DNA of 64,000 nucleotides. Origin: Bacillota bacterium (lineage in GTDB: Bacteria > Bacillota > Clostridia > Acetivibrionales > DTU013). Position numbers and translations under genes: made by a program. Below are positions 1 through 8,403 of the stretch, in pieces (the stretch's first letter is position 1; each line of letters starts with the position of its first letter). Where the stretch lies: contig JAEXNT010000036.1 in NCBI GenBank assembly GCA_023439545.1, positions 25,958 through 89,957 on the forward strand. Direction: 5' to 3'. The notes below the pieces were generated by a model, which saw nothing but the letters and a program-made list of their open reading frames with translations, was not told the origin of the DNA and ran no database searches.

Positions 1-753
1 TTCTCCCTGCCTTTTACCAACTGCGATCAGCTTAATCACCGAATCCATGGCCTCAGCATACTGCATATCCGCCAGGCTTATCTTCGATATCCCTTCCGTA
101 TGGATATTTTTATAATCCACAAATTCATTGTATGCTATGGAAGACAAAATGGCAATTTTCCTGCATGCGTCATAGCCTTCTATATCGGCGGTCGGGTCGG
201 CTTCTGCGTACCCGTTCTGCTGTGCGCTTTTGAGTGCGTCGCCGAAATCACGGCCTTCTTTTCGCATTTGTGTAAGTATATAGTTTGTCGTTCCATTCAA
301 TATTCCGGTTATTCCGTTTATAATATTGGCCGCCAGACACTGGCTCAATGGTCTGATTATCGGTATTCCTCCGCCGACACTGGCTTCGAACAGGTAGCTT
401 ACTCCGTTGTCCGACGCCAATTTCAGCAACTCAGGACCATGCGTAGCAACAAGCTCCTTATTCGACGTCACTACATGCTTCCCGACGCCCAAAGCTCTCT
501 TTGTATATTCATGCGCAATCCTTGCGCCGCCTATCGTCTCTACAACTATTTTTATCTCGGGATCGTTGAATACTTCGTCCGGATCCTTGGTAAGTAGGTC
601 TTTATCCGGCCCGTCAGGCAAGTCGCGGATATCCAGTATCTTTTTGACCCGAATGGGCTCTCCTGCCCTGTCCGCTATGCTTTTGCCGTTCTTCCGCATT
701 ACCTCTGCAACGCCGGAGCCAACTACGCCGTATCCTATTATTGCTACGTCCAT
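1..753 (-). CDS. hom: homoserine dehydrogenase (N-terminal part; C-terminus lies beyond the window edge)
   Basis: Absent from the ORF track because it runs off the edge. The reverse complement from ATG at 753 reads MDVAIIGYGVVGSGVAEVMRKNG...VVTSNKELVATHGPELLKLASDNGVSYLFEASVGGGIPIIRPL...NGYAEADPTADIEGYDACRKIAIL. These are the NAD-binding GxGxxG and catalytic-domain motifs of homoserine dehydrogenase. The + ORF 100..597 is its antisense shadow. Confidence 0.85.
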   Translation of the reverse strand, partial: MDVAIIGYGVVGSGVAEVMRKNGKSIADRAGEPIRVKKILDIRDLPDGPDKDLLTKDPDEVFNDPEIKIVVETIGGARIAHEYTKRALGVGKHVVTSNKELVATHGPELLKLASDNGVSYLFEASVGGGIPIIRPLSQCLAANIINGITGILNGTTNYILTQMRKEGRDFGDALKSAQQNGYAEADPTADIEGYDACRKIAILSSIAYNEFVDYKNIHTEGISKISLADMQYAEAMDSVIKLIAVGKRQGE

Positions 754-767
754 AAAATCAGTCCTCC

Positions 768-1211
768 CTAATCCCTCGCCAGAATTTCCTGCCTGCGCAC
801 CCCTTCGATCTCGCCTATGCTTTCCATCAGTCTGCCGATATCCATCGACATACCTGTGGTCGCGATCGAAATGGTCACATCAGCCAGCCCATTTATAGGT
901 ACATTCTGGTTTATCGTAATGATGTTGGCTTTTGCCTGTGCGATCCTGTTGATTATACTTGAAAGTATGCCCGAAAAATCCTCTACTACGAAGAATAATG
1001 TTATGACCCGGCCTCTTGAAGTCTCATAGAACGGGAACACAAAATCCTTGTACTTGTAGAATGCACTCCGGCTTAGCCCGACTTCCCTTACAGCATCGTT
1101 TACGGTTTTGATCCGGCCTGTGCCGAGGATCTTTTTGACCTCTATAACTTTCGAAAATACATCCGGAAGTATAGTTCTGTCAACCAGAAAATATGTTGAC
1201 CCATTATCCAT
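768..1211 (-). CDS. ACT-domain protein (UPF0735/PheB-like), upstream partner of hom
   Basis: 147 aa. It has an N-terminal HTH-like segment (KTVNDAVREVGLSRSAFYKYKD) followed by an ACT-like segment (ITLFFVVEDFSGILSSIINRIAQAKANIITINQ). It ends 14 nt before the hom start. Confidence 0.7.
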   Translation of the reverse strand: MDNGSTYFLVDRTILPDVFSKVIEVKKILGTGRIKTVNDAVREVGLSRSAFYKYKDFVFPFYETSRGRVITLFFVVEDFSGILSSIINRIAQAKANIITINQNVPINGLADVTISIATTGMSMDIGRLMESIGEIEGVRRQEILARD

Positions 1212-1262
1212 TTAAACTCTCCATTGTCCTCCGTGGACGCACATATGTATGTCATTTGTGTA

Positions 1263-1291
1263 ATATTAGCATAGAAAGTTGAAAAAATCAA
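1263..1291 (-). promoter_or_regulatory. sigma-A type promoter for the ACT-hom operon
   Basis: The minus strand reads TTGATT, a 17-nt spacer, then TAATAT, about 50 nt upstream of the ATG at 1211. Confidence 0.4.
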
Positions 1292-1326
1292 GAGTTTTGA
1301 GAGGAAAAATGAACAGGTACACAGAT

Positions 1327-1377
1327 AGGAACGCAGGAACCGTCCCTCTGTTTCAAAAGAACCGTCCCTGCGTTCCT
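1327..1377 (-). terminator. long hairpin downstream of the two-component/lipoprotein operon
   Basis: A perfect 11-bp stem, AGGAACGCAGG / CCTGCGTTCCT, encloses a loop that holds two direct copies of GAACCGTCCCT. The T-tract is poor. Confidence 0.4.
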
Positions 1378-1384
1378 AATTATT

Positions 1385-3034
1385 CTACTTTACTGCTGCA
1401 ACTTCTTTTGTCTCATTGTTTTTGACAAATGATTTCTCCCAGATAGGCGCGTATTCTCCAATACCCCATTCAGCCATGATGACCGAGCTTCCGTCCTCCA
1501 GCTTGAACCCGGCAAGCGGCGCATCCGATAAAGCCTTGTTTTCAATGGCATATACGAGGATCTTGTTTCTTGTCAATATAACAGCCATTTCTTTATTTGG
1601 AGACGTATATATGTCAACAGCGTCAGGAAGCTTATCCTTTACAGCCGTCCACGGCACCTGCAGAGCATCGTAGGCTACCATATCCGCAGGCGGAATCAGG
1701 TTCAGGTTGAAGTCCATATAAGGGGGTTGTTCTTTCTGATCAAGGTTGATACGGCCCTTAAAAAACCAGTGACCGGTTTTTCTATACAAGGCGAAATTTT
1801 TAGCCTGTTCATTTTCGTCTGTTTTAGTCAACCCCCGGTATCCTGAGTTCTTCAAGACTTCTGAAACAGCGCTCTCCATGGCTATTGCGCCATTTTCACC
1901 CGAAATATCCGATATTTTGATGCCATCTATACTTGCAATATTGTCTACAGGCAACGTTCTCAGTATTTTGGTTTCACTTCCGCCGTCTGCCTTACCGGTC
2001 ATTCCGGCTGCACTGTCCTCGCCTGAACTATTCGATTCGCTGCCGTAAACAGTTTTTTCTATGCATACGTAGTCGTTTCCCACATATGATATGGCTTTTC
2101 TATTCCCAGTCTCGATACGTTCCGAAATATTCTCCAGCAGACTCGGTATCTGAGATTTGTCCGAATTCGTCACCTTGTATGCGACAAGCATATCCTCAGT
2201 ACCTATGTTTCCGAGTTTCTTATACGTTTTGAGCTTCCAGAAACCATCCATCCTTGGGAGGAAAATATCGTCCGCGTAAAGCACCGGACGAAGCGTACGG
2301 TTTTCGCATGAGATCCAGTATGTACCGTAATTATAATCCCCCTGCCCGTCTTTGGTATGGACAGGGGTCCTGACTCCGAGCAGAATCCCGGAACGAAGCA
2401 GCTTGCCTGCGCCCTGCTGGTCAGAGCTTGACTGTCTCGCAATTTGCCGCGCAGTACCGGCAGTTTCCGTAAAGTCATCCGATACTTTTATCAACCTGTA
2501 CAACCGATCATCTATCGAGGCTACTATGTTGGTCATCGATTTATTTATGTCTTCGTTTGAAGGGCTCAACAGTTCGAACAGGAAATTGTCTTCCGAAAAA
2601 ACTGTGATAACAAGAATTTCACCTTTTGCTGTATCCAGTTCGGCGGGCATTTTTGTGTTTTTATGCAGGAAATACTCGTCGACGCCAACACGCTTGATTT
2701 TGTAACTGATATCGGCGTACTCATTGCCGGCATATATCAACCTGTCCTGGGCAAAACTAAGAGTGTCACCGTCAAGCGGTTCCTGTGCGTCCGGGGTTTC
2801 CCCCTCCTGCTTCCCGCCGCTTAAGCTTTCCAGTTTCCATGTACCGAAAAAGGGAGCTTCGGAGTTTGAAGGCCTGGCGATCCTGTCGGCGTTATCCGAT
2901 ATGGTCTGAGTACAGCCCGAAAATGCGGCAGAAAGCATAACGGCAGAAAGCAGCAGCAACAGCACTCTGCGTATACCCTTGGCTAAAGCTTTATTCGAAT
3001 GTGACCTGTCGATTCGATCAATTATAGTATTCAT
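1385..3034 (-). CDS. hypothetical lipoprotein, translationally coupled to the upstream histidine kinase
   Basis: 549 aa. The signal peptide and lipobox read LLLLLSAVMLSAAFSGC. Its ATG overlaps the kinase stop (ATGA at 3031-3034). I recognise no domain. Confidence 0.7.
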   Translation of the reverse strand: MNTIIDRIDRSHSNKALAKGIRRVLLLLLSAVMLSAAFSGCTQTISDNADRIARPSNSEAPFFGTWKLESLSGGKQEGETPDAQEPLDGDTLSFAQDRLIYAGNEYADISYKIKRVGVDEYFLHKNTKMPAELDTAKGEILVITVFSEDNFLFELLSPSNEDINKSMTNIVASIDDRLYRLIKVSDDFTETAGTARQIARQSSSDQQGAGKLLRSGILLGVRTPVHTKDGQGDYNYGTYWISCENRTLRPVLYADDIFLPRMDGFWKLKTYKKLGNIGTEDMLVAYKVTNSDKSQIPSLLENISERIETGNRKAISYVGNDYVCIEKTVYGSESNSSGEDSAAGMTGKADGGSETKILRTLPVDNIASIDGIKISDISGENGAIAMESAVSEVLKNSGYRGLTKTDENEQAKNFALYRKTGHWFFKGRINLDQKEQPPYMDFNLNLIPPADMVAYDALQVPWTAVKDKLPDAVDIYTSPNKEMAVILTRNKILVYAIENKALSDAPLAGFKLEDGSSVIMAEWGIGEYAPIWEKSFVKNNETKEVAAVK

Positions 3035-4560
3035 ACAGCTAAACCCTCCGTTACGGCAGGAATACGGATTATGACACTGGTTCCCTTACCGGGCCGGCTG
3101 TAAATGGACAGGGTGCCGTCCATTTGTCTTATGATCTCATCGCAGATGGACAGACCTATTCCGTTGCCAAGTTTACTGTTTTTCCCCTTGAAGAACTTTT
3201 CCTTTATATAAGGCATTTCATCTGCCGGTATGCCGCAGCCCGTATCGCTTACCGTAAAAATGATCTCGCCTCCGCTGATTTCAGTTTTGAACATCACATT
3301 TCCTCCCGATGGCGTAAACCGGAATGCATTGTCCAGGATATTTATGATCACCTGTTTCAGGCGGTTGGCGTCTGATATGATCTCCGGCAGCCCATCTTCG
3401 GCCTCGAAACCGAATATGAGTCCATCTCTCGCTGCTCTCGGAGCAAGCTGCCTTCCAACTGTATCTACAAATTCGGCAAGCGGCACCTTCTCTTTTATGA
3501 CACTGAGCTTGCCCGATGTAAGCCTTGAGAAATCAAGCAGCTCTTCTACCATCTGAGTCAGCCGGTCGCACTCTTTCTCTATGATGTCGAGGCCTGTTGA
3601 GAACAATTCACGGTCCGGAGGCTGTCCGGTATCTTCCCCGCCTCTCGTCGCTTCCCCGCTTCCCACCGCTTCCTCTCTTCCCGCTGTTTCCTCATTTCCG
3701 ACTGTTTCCTCACTTCCGACTGTTTCCCCGACTCCCGCCGCTTCCTCGCTTCCGACCTCCATCAATGTGACCGCCCAGCCTTTGATGGAGGTCAGCGGTG
3801 TTCGTAGTTCATGTGAGATTGATGAAATAAAGTCATTCTTCATCCTGTCCCTCTTGTCTATCTCCTCGGCAAGAAAATTCAACGTATCGGACAACTTGCC
3901 TATCTCATCGTTATATGTTCTCACACTGCGGATGCGATAATCTCCCGAAGCCATTTTTGCCGCAACTGCTGTAATTTTTTTGAGTGGATTGACTACGGTA
4001 TTGGAGATAAGAAGACTCAGAAAAGCGGATATGATAGCCACTATTATCCCGATTATGATAAATATCCTGGCTACGGCATAAACATCCTCATTGACCTCCC
4101 TGAGCGTACTTATGAACCGCAAAACGCCGACAGGAACGCCGTCGGACTTCAATGTCTGAGAAACAGCCATTATACCGTTGCCGTCGTAATCGGCTTTCCC
4201 GAACCAGGCTCCGTACCCCGTTTTTAATGCCGCTTCCACATCGGGCAGGCGATCGTTGCCCGGCGGCATGTAGCCGATGGAGTCCATCAGCACGCGCCCT
4301 TTCATGTCGATTATCTGCACCTGCGCGCCTGACTGTTTCCAGAACGTATCTACATTATTGAGCACATTATCCGAAAGAGTAGCGTCGGAAAAATACCTTG
4401 AATACAGCTCGCAGGAAATCTTCAGCTGATTTCGCAGGTTTGCCTCGAGGTTGTTGTAATAATTGACGCGGACTATGTTGATGATCAGTATTTCCAGTAT
4501 CAGGACCGTCAGGACTATGACGAATATGAAGCCCGTGGTCATTCTTTTTCTGATACTCAT
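3031..4560 (-). CDS. sensor histidine kinase (2 TM, extracellular domain, HAMP, HisKA, HATPase_c)
   Basis: H-box FISSISHELRTPLTSIKGW and ATPase motifs NILDNAFRFTP, DTGCGIP, GNGIGLSIC. I chose the start at MSIRKR (4560) because GGAAGGTGA precedes it. The ORF-track start at 4635 would overlap the regulator gene. Confidence 0.9.
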   Translation of the reverse strand: MSIRKRMTTGFIFVIVLTVLILEILIINIVRVNYYNNLEANLRNQLKISCELYSRYFSDATLSDNVLNNVDTFWKQSGAQVQIIDMKGRVLMDSIGYMPPGNDRLPDVEAALKTGYGAWFGKADYDGNGIMAVSQTLKSDGVPVGVLRFISTLREVNEDVYAVARIFIIIGIIVAIISAFLSLLISNTVVNPLKKITAVAAKMASGDYRIRSVRTYNDEIGKLSDTLNFLAEEIDKRDRMKNDFISSISHELRTPLTSIKGWAVTLMEVGSEEAAGVGETVGSEETVGNEETAGREEAVGSGEATRGGEDTGQPPDRELFSTGLDIIEKECDRLTQMVEELLDFSRLTSGKLSVIKEKVPLAEFVDTVGRQLAPRAARDGLIFGFEAEDGLPEIISDANRLKQVIINILDNAFRFTPSGGNVMFKTEISGGEIIFTVSDTGCGIPADEMPYIKEKFFKGKNSKLGNGIGLSICDEIIRQMDGTLSIYSRPGKGTSVIIRIPAVTEGLAV

Positions 4561-4591
4561 CACAATCACCTTCCTTGACCGGCAGAAAAAG

Positions 4592-5287
4592 TCATTTGTC
4601 GCACCACCTGTAGCCGTATCCCCAAACAGTCTCAATGTACCGGGGTTTGGAAGGATCCTCCTCGATCTTCTCCCTTAGCCTTCTTATGTAAACATCCAAA
4701 GTTTTAAGATCACCAAAATAATTCTTGCCCCAAACGGTATTGAAAAGCTCGTTACGGCTCAATGCCCTTCCTATATTGGACATGAACAGCTTCAGTACGG
4801 AAAATTCTGTCGGAGTCAATTCTATTTCAGTGTTATCTTTAAAGAATTTCTGGGAGTTGAGATCCATCAGCAGGTTTTTATATGAAAGTGTCGTTTCATC
4901 CGATTGTTTTCTTTCAGTCCTTCTGAGTATTGTCCTGATCCTGGCCGTAAGCTCCCTGGGGTTGAACGGCTTAACCATGTAGTCGTCCGCTCCTATCTCG
5001 AGCCCTGTTATCCTGTCGGTATCCTGTCCCCTGGCAGTCAGCATTATGATTATCAATTCGGGCATTTCTTCCCTGAGTCTTTTGCAAACCTCGAAACCGT
5101 CTATCCCGGGCAGCATGACATCGAGCACCATTATCCCCGGTTTGCAGGCTTCGGCCATTTCAAGCGCCTTTTCGCCGGTATCTGCCTCCAGCACGTCGAA
5201 ACCGCTGCGTTCAAGGTTAATTGCAATGAATTTTCTTATGGATGCTTCATCTTCAACAATAAGTACTTTGTCCCTGACCTCTGACAT
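4592..5287 (-). CDS. OmpR-family response regulator
   Basis: REC domain (KVLIVEDE...LDVMLPGIDG) plus a winged-helix Trans_reg_C domain (YIETVWGYGYRW). The likely start is MSEVRDK at 5287. Confidence 0.9.
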   Translation of the reverse strand: MSEVRDKVLIVEDEASIRKFIAINLERSGFDVLEADTGEKALEMAEACKPGIMVLDVMLPGIDGFEVCKRLREEMPELIIIMLTARGQDTDRITGLEIGADDYMVKPFNPRELTARIRTILRRTERKQSDETTLSYKNLLMDLNSQKFFKDNTEIELTPTEFSVLKLFMSNIGRALSRNELFNTVWGKNYFGDLKTLDVYIRRLREKIEEDPSKPRYIETVWGYGYRWCDK

Positions 5288-5398
5288 CTTTATTCCCCAT
5301 TCGTTCAAGCTAGAATAAAAATTTATAATAATATTCTACATTATTTTTAGCCCTGGTTCTATGGCTTCAATAAATTTCAAATTTAATATGAAAATAGT

Positions 5399-5677
5399 CT
5401 AGGATATCATTTCAGACCTGCAGACTGCCTGTCTGCCTATCTCAGCAGCAGCTCTGTAGATAAAGGCGGGAATACTTGCCGCATCCATCCCGGACAACAG
5501 CATTTCATAGGCTTTGACAAAAATATCCTGTGTCTGCCGGTTCGCGTCGGTTTCATTGCCGCACACTCTGAGCAGGTAATTGTAGATCCTTTTCTGATGC
5601 GGGTCGATCAGCTCTTCGAATGCAGCAATGGTGCTATTTACGGCACTTTTAACATTTTGTCCTTCGATAACTTTCAT
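5399..5677 (-). CDS. small protein resembling sigma-70 region 2 only (ECF-like fragment or mini-protein)
   Basis: 92 aa. AAFEELIDPHQKRIYNYLLRVCGNETDANRQTQDIFVKAYEML matches the ECF sigma region 2 pattern. There is no region 4. Confidence 0.5.
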   Translation of the reverse strand: MKVIEGQNVKSAVNSTIAAFEELIDPHQKRIYNYLLRVCGNETDANRQTQDIFVKAYEMLLSGMDAASIPAFIYRAAAEIGRQAVCRSEMIS

Positions 5678-5920
5678 AATCGGCAGCCTCCATTTTTATC
5701 ATACAGGGGACATGGGAAATATAAATTAATAATTGGTTAATATTTTCAATTATTGATTTCGCTGCAAAAAGCCGGGCGCCAGCCTATAAATGAAAAACCA
5801 ACTTTCTCTTATATAATGCTTATATTTATGCTATTATTAATAATAATGAAAGCAGGCTGACAGCGCCGCTGTACAGCAAGGAAAGCCCTCAATCGAACGT
5901 TCAGGAGGATAAGTAGGCAT

Positions 5921-6481
5921 ATGTCGGAAACAATAGGACAGATCGCAGATCGCATACGTGAAATCAGGGAAATATCCGGAATGACTTCGGATACCCTTGC
6001 CAGGAAGCTTAAGATATCGCTGGATACTTATTTGAAATATGAAAACGCTGAAGAAGGCATACCGATAAGCACCCTTTATGAAACCGCCGGGATACTCGGC
6101 GTGGAGCTTACCGAGCTGCTGACGGGTTCTACGCCCCACCTGCAGAACTACTGCCTTGTCAGAAACGGTGAAGCTCCTTATATTGAGCGATATAAGGGAT
6201 ACACCTTTCAAAGCCTTTCCTATAGCTTCAGGAATAAAAAGATCGAGCCTCTGCTTGTAACTATAGATCCTGAAGAAAACAAAAAGATGATGCTCGTTTC
6301 TCACCCAGGCCAGGAATTCAACTACGTGCTCGAAGGACAGGTCAAGGTGATACTGGGTGGTTCTGAAATAATAATGGCTCCGGGCGATTCGCTTTATTTC
6401 GATCCAACCATTCCTCACGGCCAGACCGCAGTAAATGACAAGCCTTGCAAGTTCCTGACCGTGATACTGCACGATAATTAA
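5921..6481 (+). CDS. XRE-family HTH regulator with C-terminal cupin domain
   Basis: HTH_3 segment (IGQIADRIREIREISGMTSDTLARKLKISLDTYLKYE) and cupin_2 segment (HPGQEFNYVLEGQVKV...GDSLYFDPTIPHG). The RBS is AGGAGGA. Confidence 0.85.
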   Translation: MSETIGQIADRIREIREISGMTSDTLARKLKISLDTYLKYENAEEGIPISTLYETAGILGVELTELLTGSTPHLQNYCLVRNGEAPYIERYKGYTFQSLSYSFRNKKIEPLLVTIDPEENKKMMLVSHPGQEFNYVLEGQVKVILGGSEIIMAPGDSLYFDPTIPHGQTAVNDKPCKFLTVILHDN

Positions 6482-6498
6482 TAGAAGGAGTTAAATAA

Positions 6499-8160
6499 AT
6501 GCTGGGAAAGTTTTTACCGAGAATAGAATTCAGTTCATATGAGGACTTCAAAAGTAATTACAGGGTCAATATACCGGATAATTTCAACTTCGCCTATGAT
6601 GTAGTAGACGCATGGGCGCTGGAACAACCCGGCAAGACCGCAATGGTATGGTGCAATGATTTCGGCATGGAGCGCATATTTACGTTTACAGATATGAAAC
6701 GCCTGAGCGATAAAGCGGCCAACCTGTTCAAAGCCCACGGCATAAAAAAGGGAGACGTTGTAATGCTTCTGCTGAAAAGGCGCTGGCATTACTGGGTCTG
6801 CACGCTGGCACTCGAAAAGATAGGCGCGGTTTCGGTCCCTGCAACCATCCAATTGACAAAGAAGGATATAGTGTACAGGAATAATGCGGCTTCGGTCAGG
6901 ATGATAGTATCCGTACCCGAGCATGAAATTATAGCCTATATAGAAGAGTCGCTTGAGGATTCTCCGACAGTCGAAACTATAGCTCTTGTCGGCAGTACCC
7001 GTGAAGGCTGGCTGGATTTCGACGCGGAGCTCGAAAAAGCCTCTGAAGACTGGGCAAAGCCGACGGGAAGCGATTATGCCGGCGGCAGCGACAAAATGCT
7101 GATGTATTTTACTTCCGGTACGACAGGGATGCCAAAGATAGTAACTCACGATTTCTTCCATCCTGTTGGGCATATCGTGACGGCACACTATTGGCAGAGA
7201 CTGGGCGAGACAGGACTGCATCTGACCGTTGCCGAATCGGGCTGGGCCAAATGCGGCTGGGGGAAGATCTATGGCCAGTGGATCTGTGGAGTTGCGCTGT
7301 TTGTGTATGATATGGAAAAGTTCGTGCCCGAGAAGCTGATGAACATGATCGAAAAATACAAAATCACATCCTTCTGTGCCCCGCCTACGATATACCGTTT
7401 TCTAATAAAAGAGGACCTTTCAAAACACGATCTTTCAAGCATCAAGTTTGCAGGCACTGCCGGCGAACCGCTCAATCCGGAGGTCTTCTCACAGTTCAAA
7501 AAAGCGACCGGCCTAGAGATCATAGAAGGCTTCGGGCAGACGGAAACTACGGTCTTATGCGCAAATTTCGAATGGATTAAGCCCAAACCGGGTTCAATGG
7601 GGAAACCTTCGCCTTTATACGATATCGATATAGTCGATGATAACGGCCGTACCTGTCCGTCCGGCGTAGAAGGCAGGATTGTGATCAAAGGTCTGGACAA
7701 AGGCCTGCCTCCGGGACTGTTCAGGGGATACTACCGCGATGAGGAAGCGACTTCTCGCGTCTGGAACAATGGCGTTTATGATACGGGAGACGTTGCATGG
7801 CGCGATGAAGACGGCTATTTCTGGTTCGTAGGCAGGTCGGACGACGTGATCAAGTGCTCGGGTTACCGCATAGGGCCTTTTGAAGTCGAGAGTGCCCTAA
7901 TGGAGCATCCTTCTGTTCTGGAATGCGCAGTTACAGCCGTTCCCGATCCTGTAAGAGGCCAGGTCGTCAAAGCAACGATAGTCCTCGCGAAGGGGTGGAA
8001 AGGCAACGACGTACTCGTGAAAGAGCTTCAGGACCATGTCAAGAAGACGACTGCGCCGTATAAATACCCAAGGGTGGTCGAATTTGTGGACGAGCTCCCG
8101 AAGACCATCAGCGGCAAGATAAAGAGGAAAGAGATCCGGCAGAACGACTCGGAAAAGTAA
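6499..8160 (+). CDS. AMP-forming acyl-CoA synthetase (medium-chain/AcsM-like)
   Basis: AMP-binding motifs YFTSGTTGMPK, GFGQTET, YDTGD, and the C-terminal SGKIKR lysine motif. Confidence 0.85.
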   Translation: MLGKFLPRIEFSSYEDFKSNYRVNIPDNFNFAYDVVDAWALEQPGKTAMVWCNDFGMERIFTFTDMKRLSDKAANLFKAHGIKKGDVVMLLLKRRWHYWVCTLALEKIGAVSVPATIQLTKKDIVYRNNAASVRMIVSVPEHEIIAYIEESLEDSPTVETIALVGSTREGWLDFDAELEKASEDWAKPTGSDYAGGSDKMLMYFTSGTTGMPKIVTHDFFHPVGHIVTAHYWQRLGETGLHLTVAESGWAKCGWGKIYGQWICGVALFVYDMEKFVPEKLMNMIEKYKITSFCAPPTIYRFLIKEDLSKHDLSSIKFAGTAGEPLNPEVFSQFKKATGLEIIEGFGQTETTVLCANFEWIKPKPGSMGKPSPLYDIDIVDDNGRTCPSGVEGRIVIKGLDKGLPPGLFRGYYRDEEATSRVWNNGVYDTGDVAWRDEDGYFWFVGRSDDVIKCSGYRIGPFEVESALMEHPSVLECAVTAVPDPVRGQVVKATIVLAKGWKGNDVLVKELQDHVKKTTAPYKYPRVVEFVDELPKTISGKIKRKEIRQNDSEK

Positions 8161-8190
8161 GGAATACGACGCGCCGGTTGAGTGCAAAGT

Positions 8191-8224
8191 AAAAGCATAA
8201 CCAACAAGGTTATGCTTTTATTTT
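8191..8224 (+). terminator. rho-independent terminator after the acyl-CoA synthetase gene
   Basis: AAAAGCATAACC, loop AACAA, GGTTATGCTTTT, followed by ATTTT. A/T runs on both sides mean it could act in both directions. Confidence 0.75.
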
Positions 8225-8403
8225 ACCAGCTCAAACAGAAATTTTCCCTTAACATTGCTTCATCAATATGCACTAATTCATGAAATTCATGAAACTCATG
8301 CAATATCAATCAACCGGCGCACTGTTCGCTTGCAGCTACAATACCGGCAACCAGCGCAGTGCATTTTCAAGCTTCCAATGACCAGTAACCGGTACTGCAC
8401 GTG

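Noticed and set aside
100-597. 165-aa + strand ORF at the start of the window
   Set aside because: It is Cys-, Phe- and Arg-rich with no recognisable motif. It lies exactly antisense to the clearly coding homoserine dehydrogenase frame.
4561-4635. Longer N-terminus of the histidine kinase (ORF-track start at 4635)
   Set aside because: It would overlap the response-regulator gene by 44 nt. The internal MSIRKR start has a good RBS and is followed directly by the first TM segment.
5837-6472. 211-aa minus-strand ORF
   Set aside because: It is antisense to the well-supported XRE-cupin gene (5921..6481). It has no RBS and no motif.
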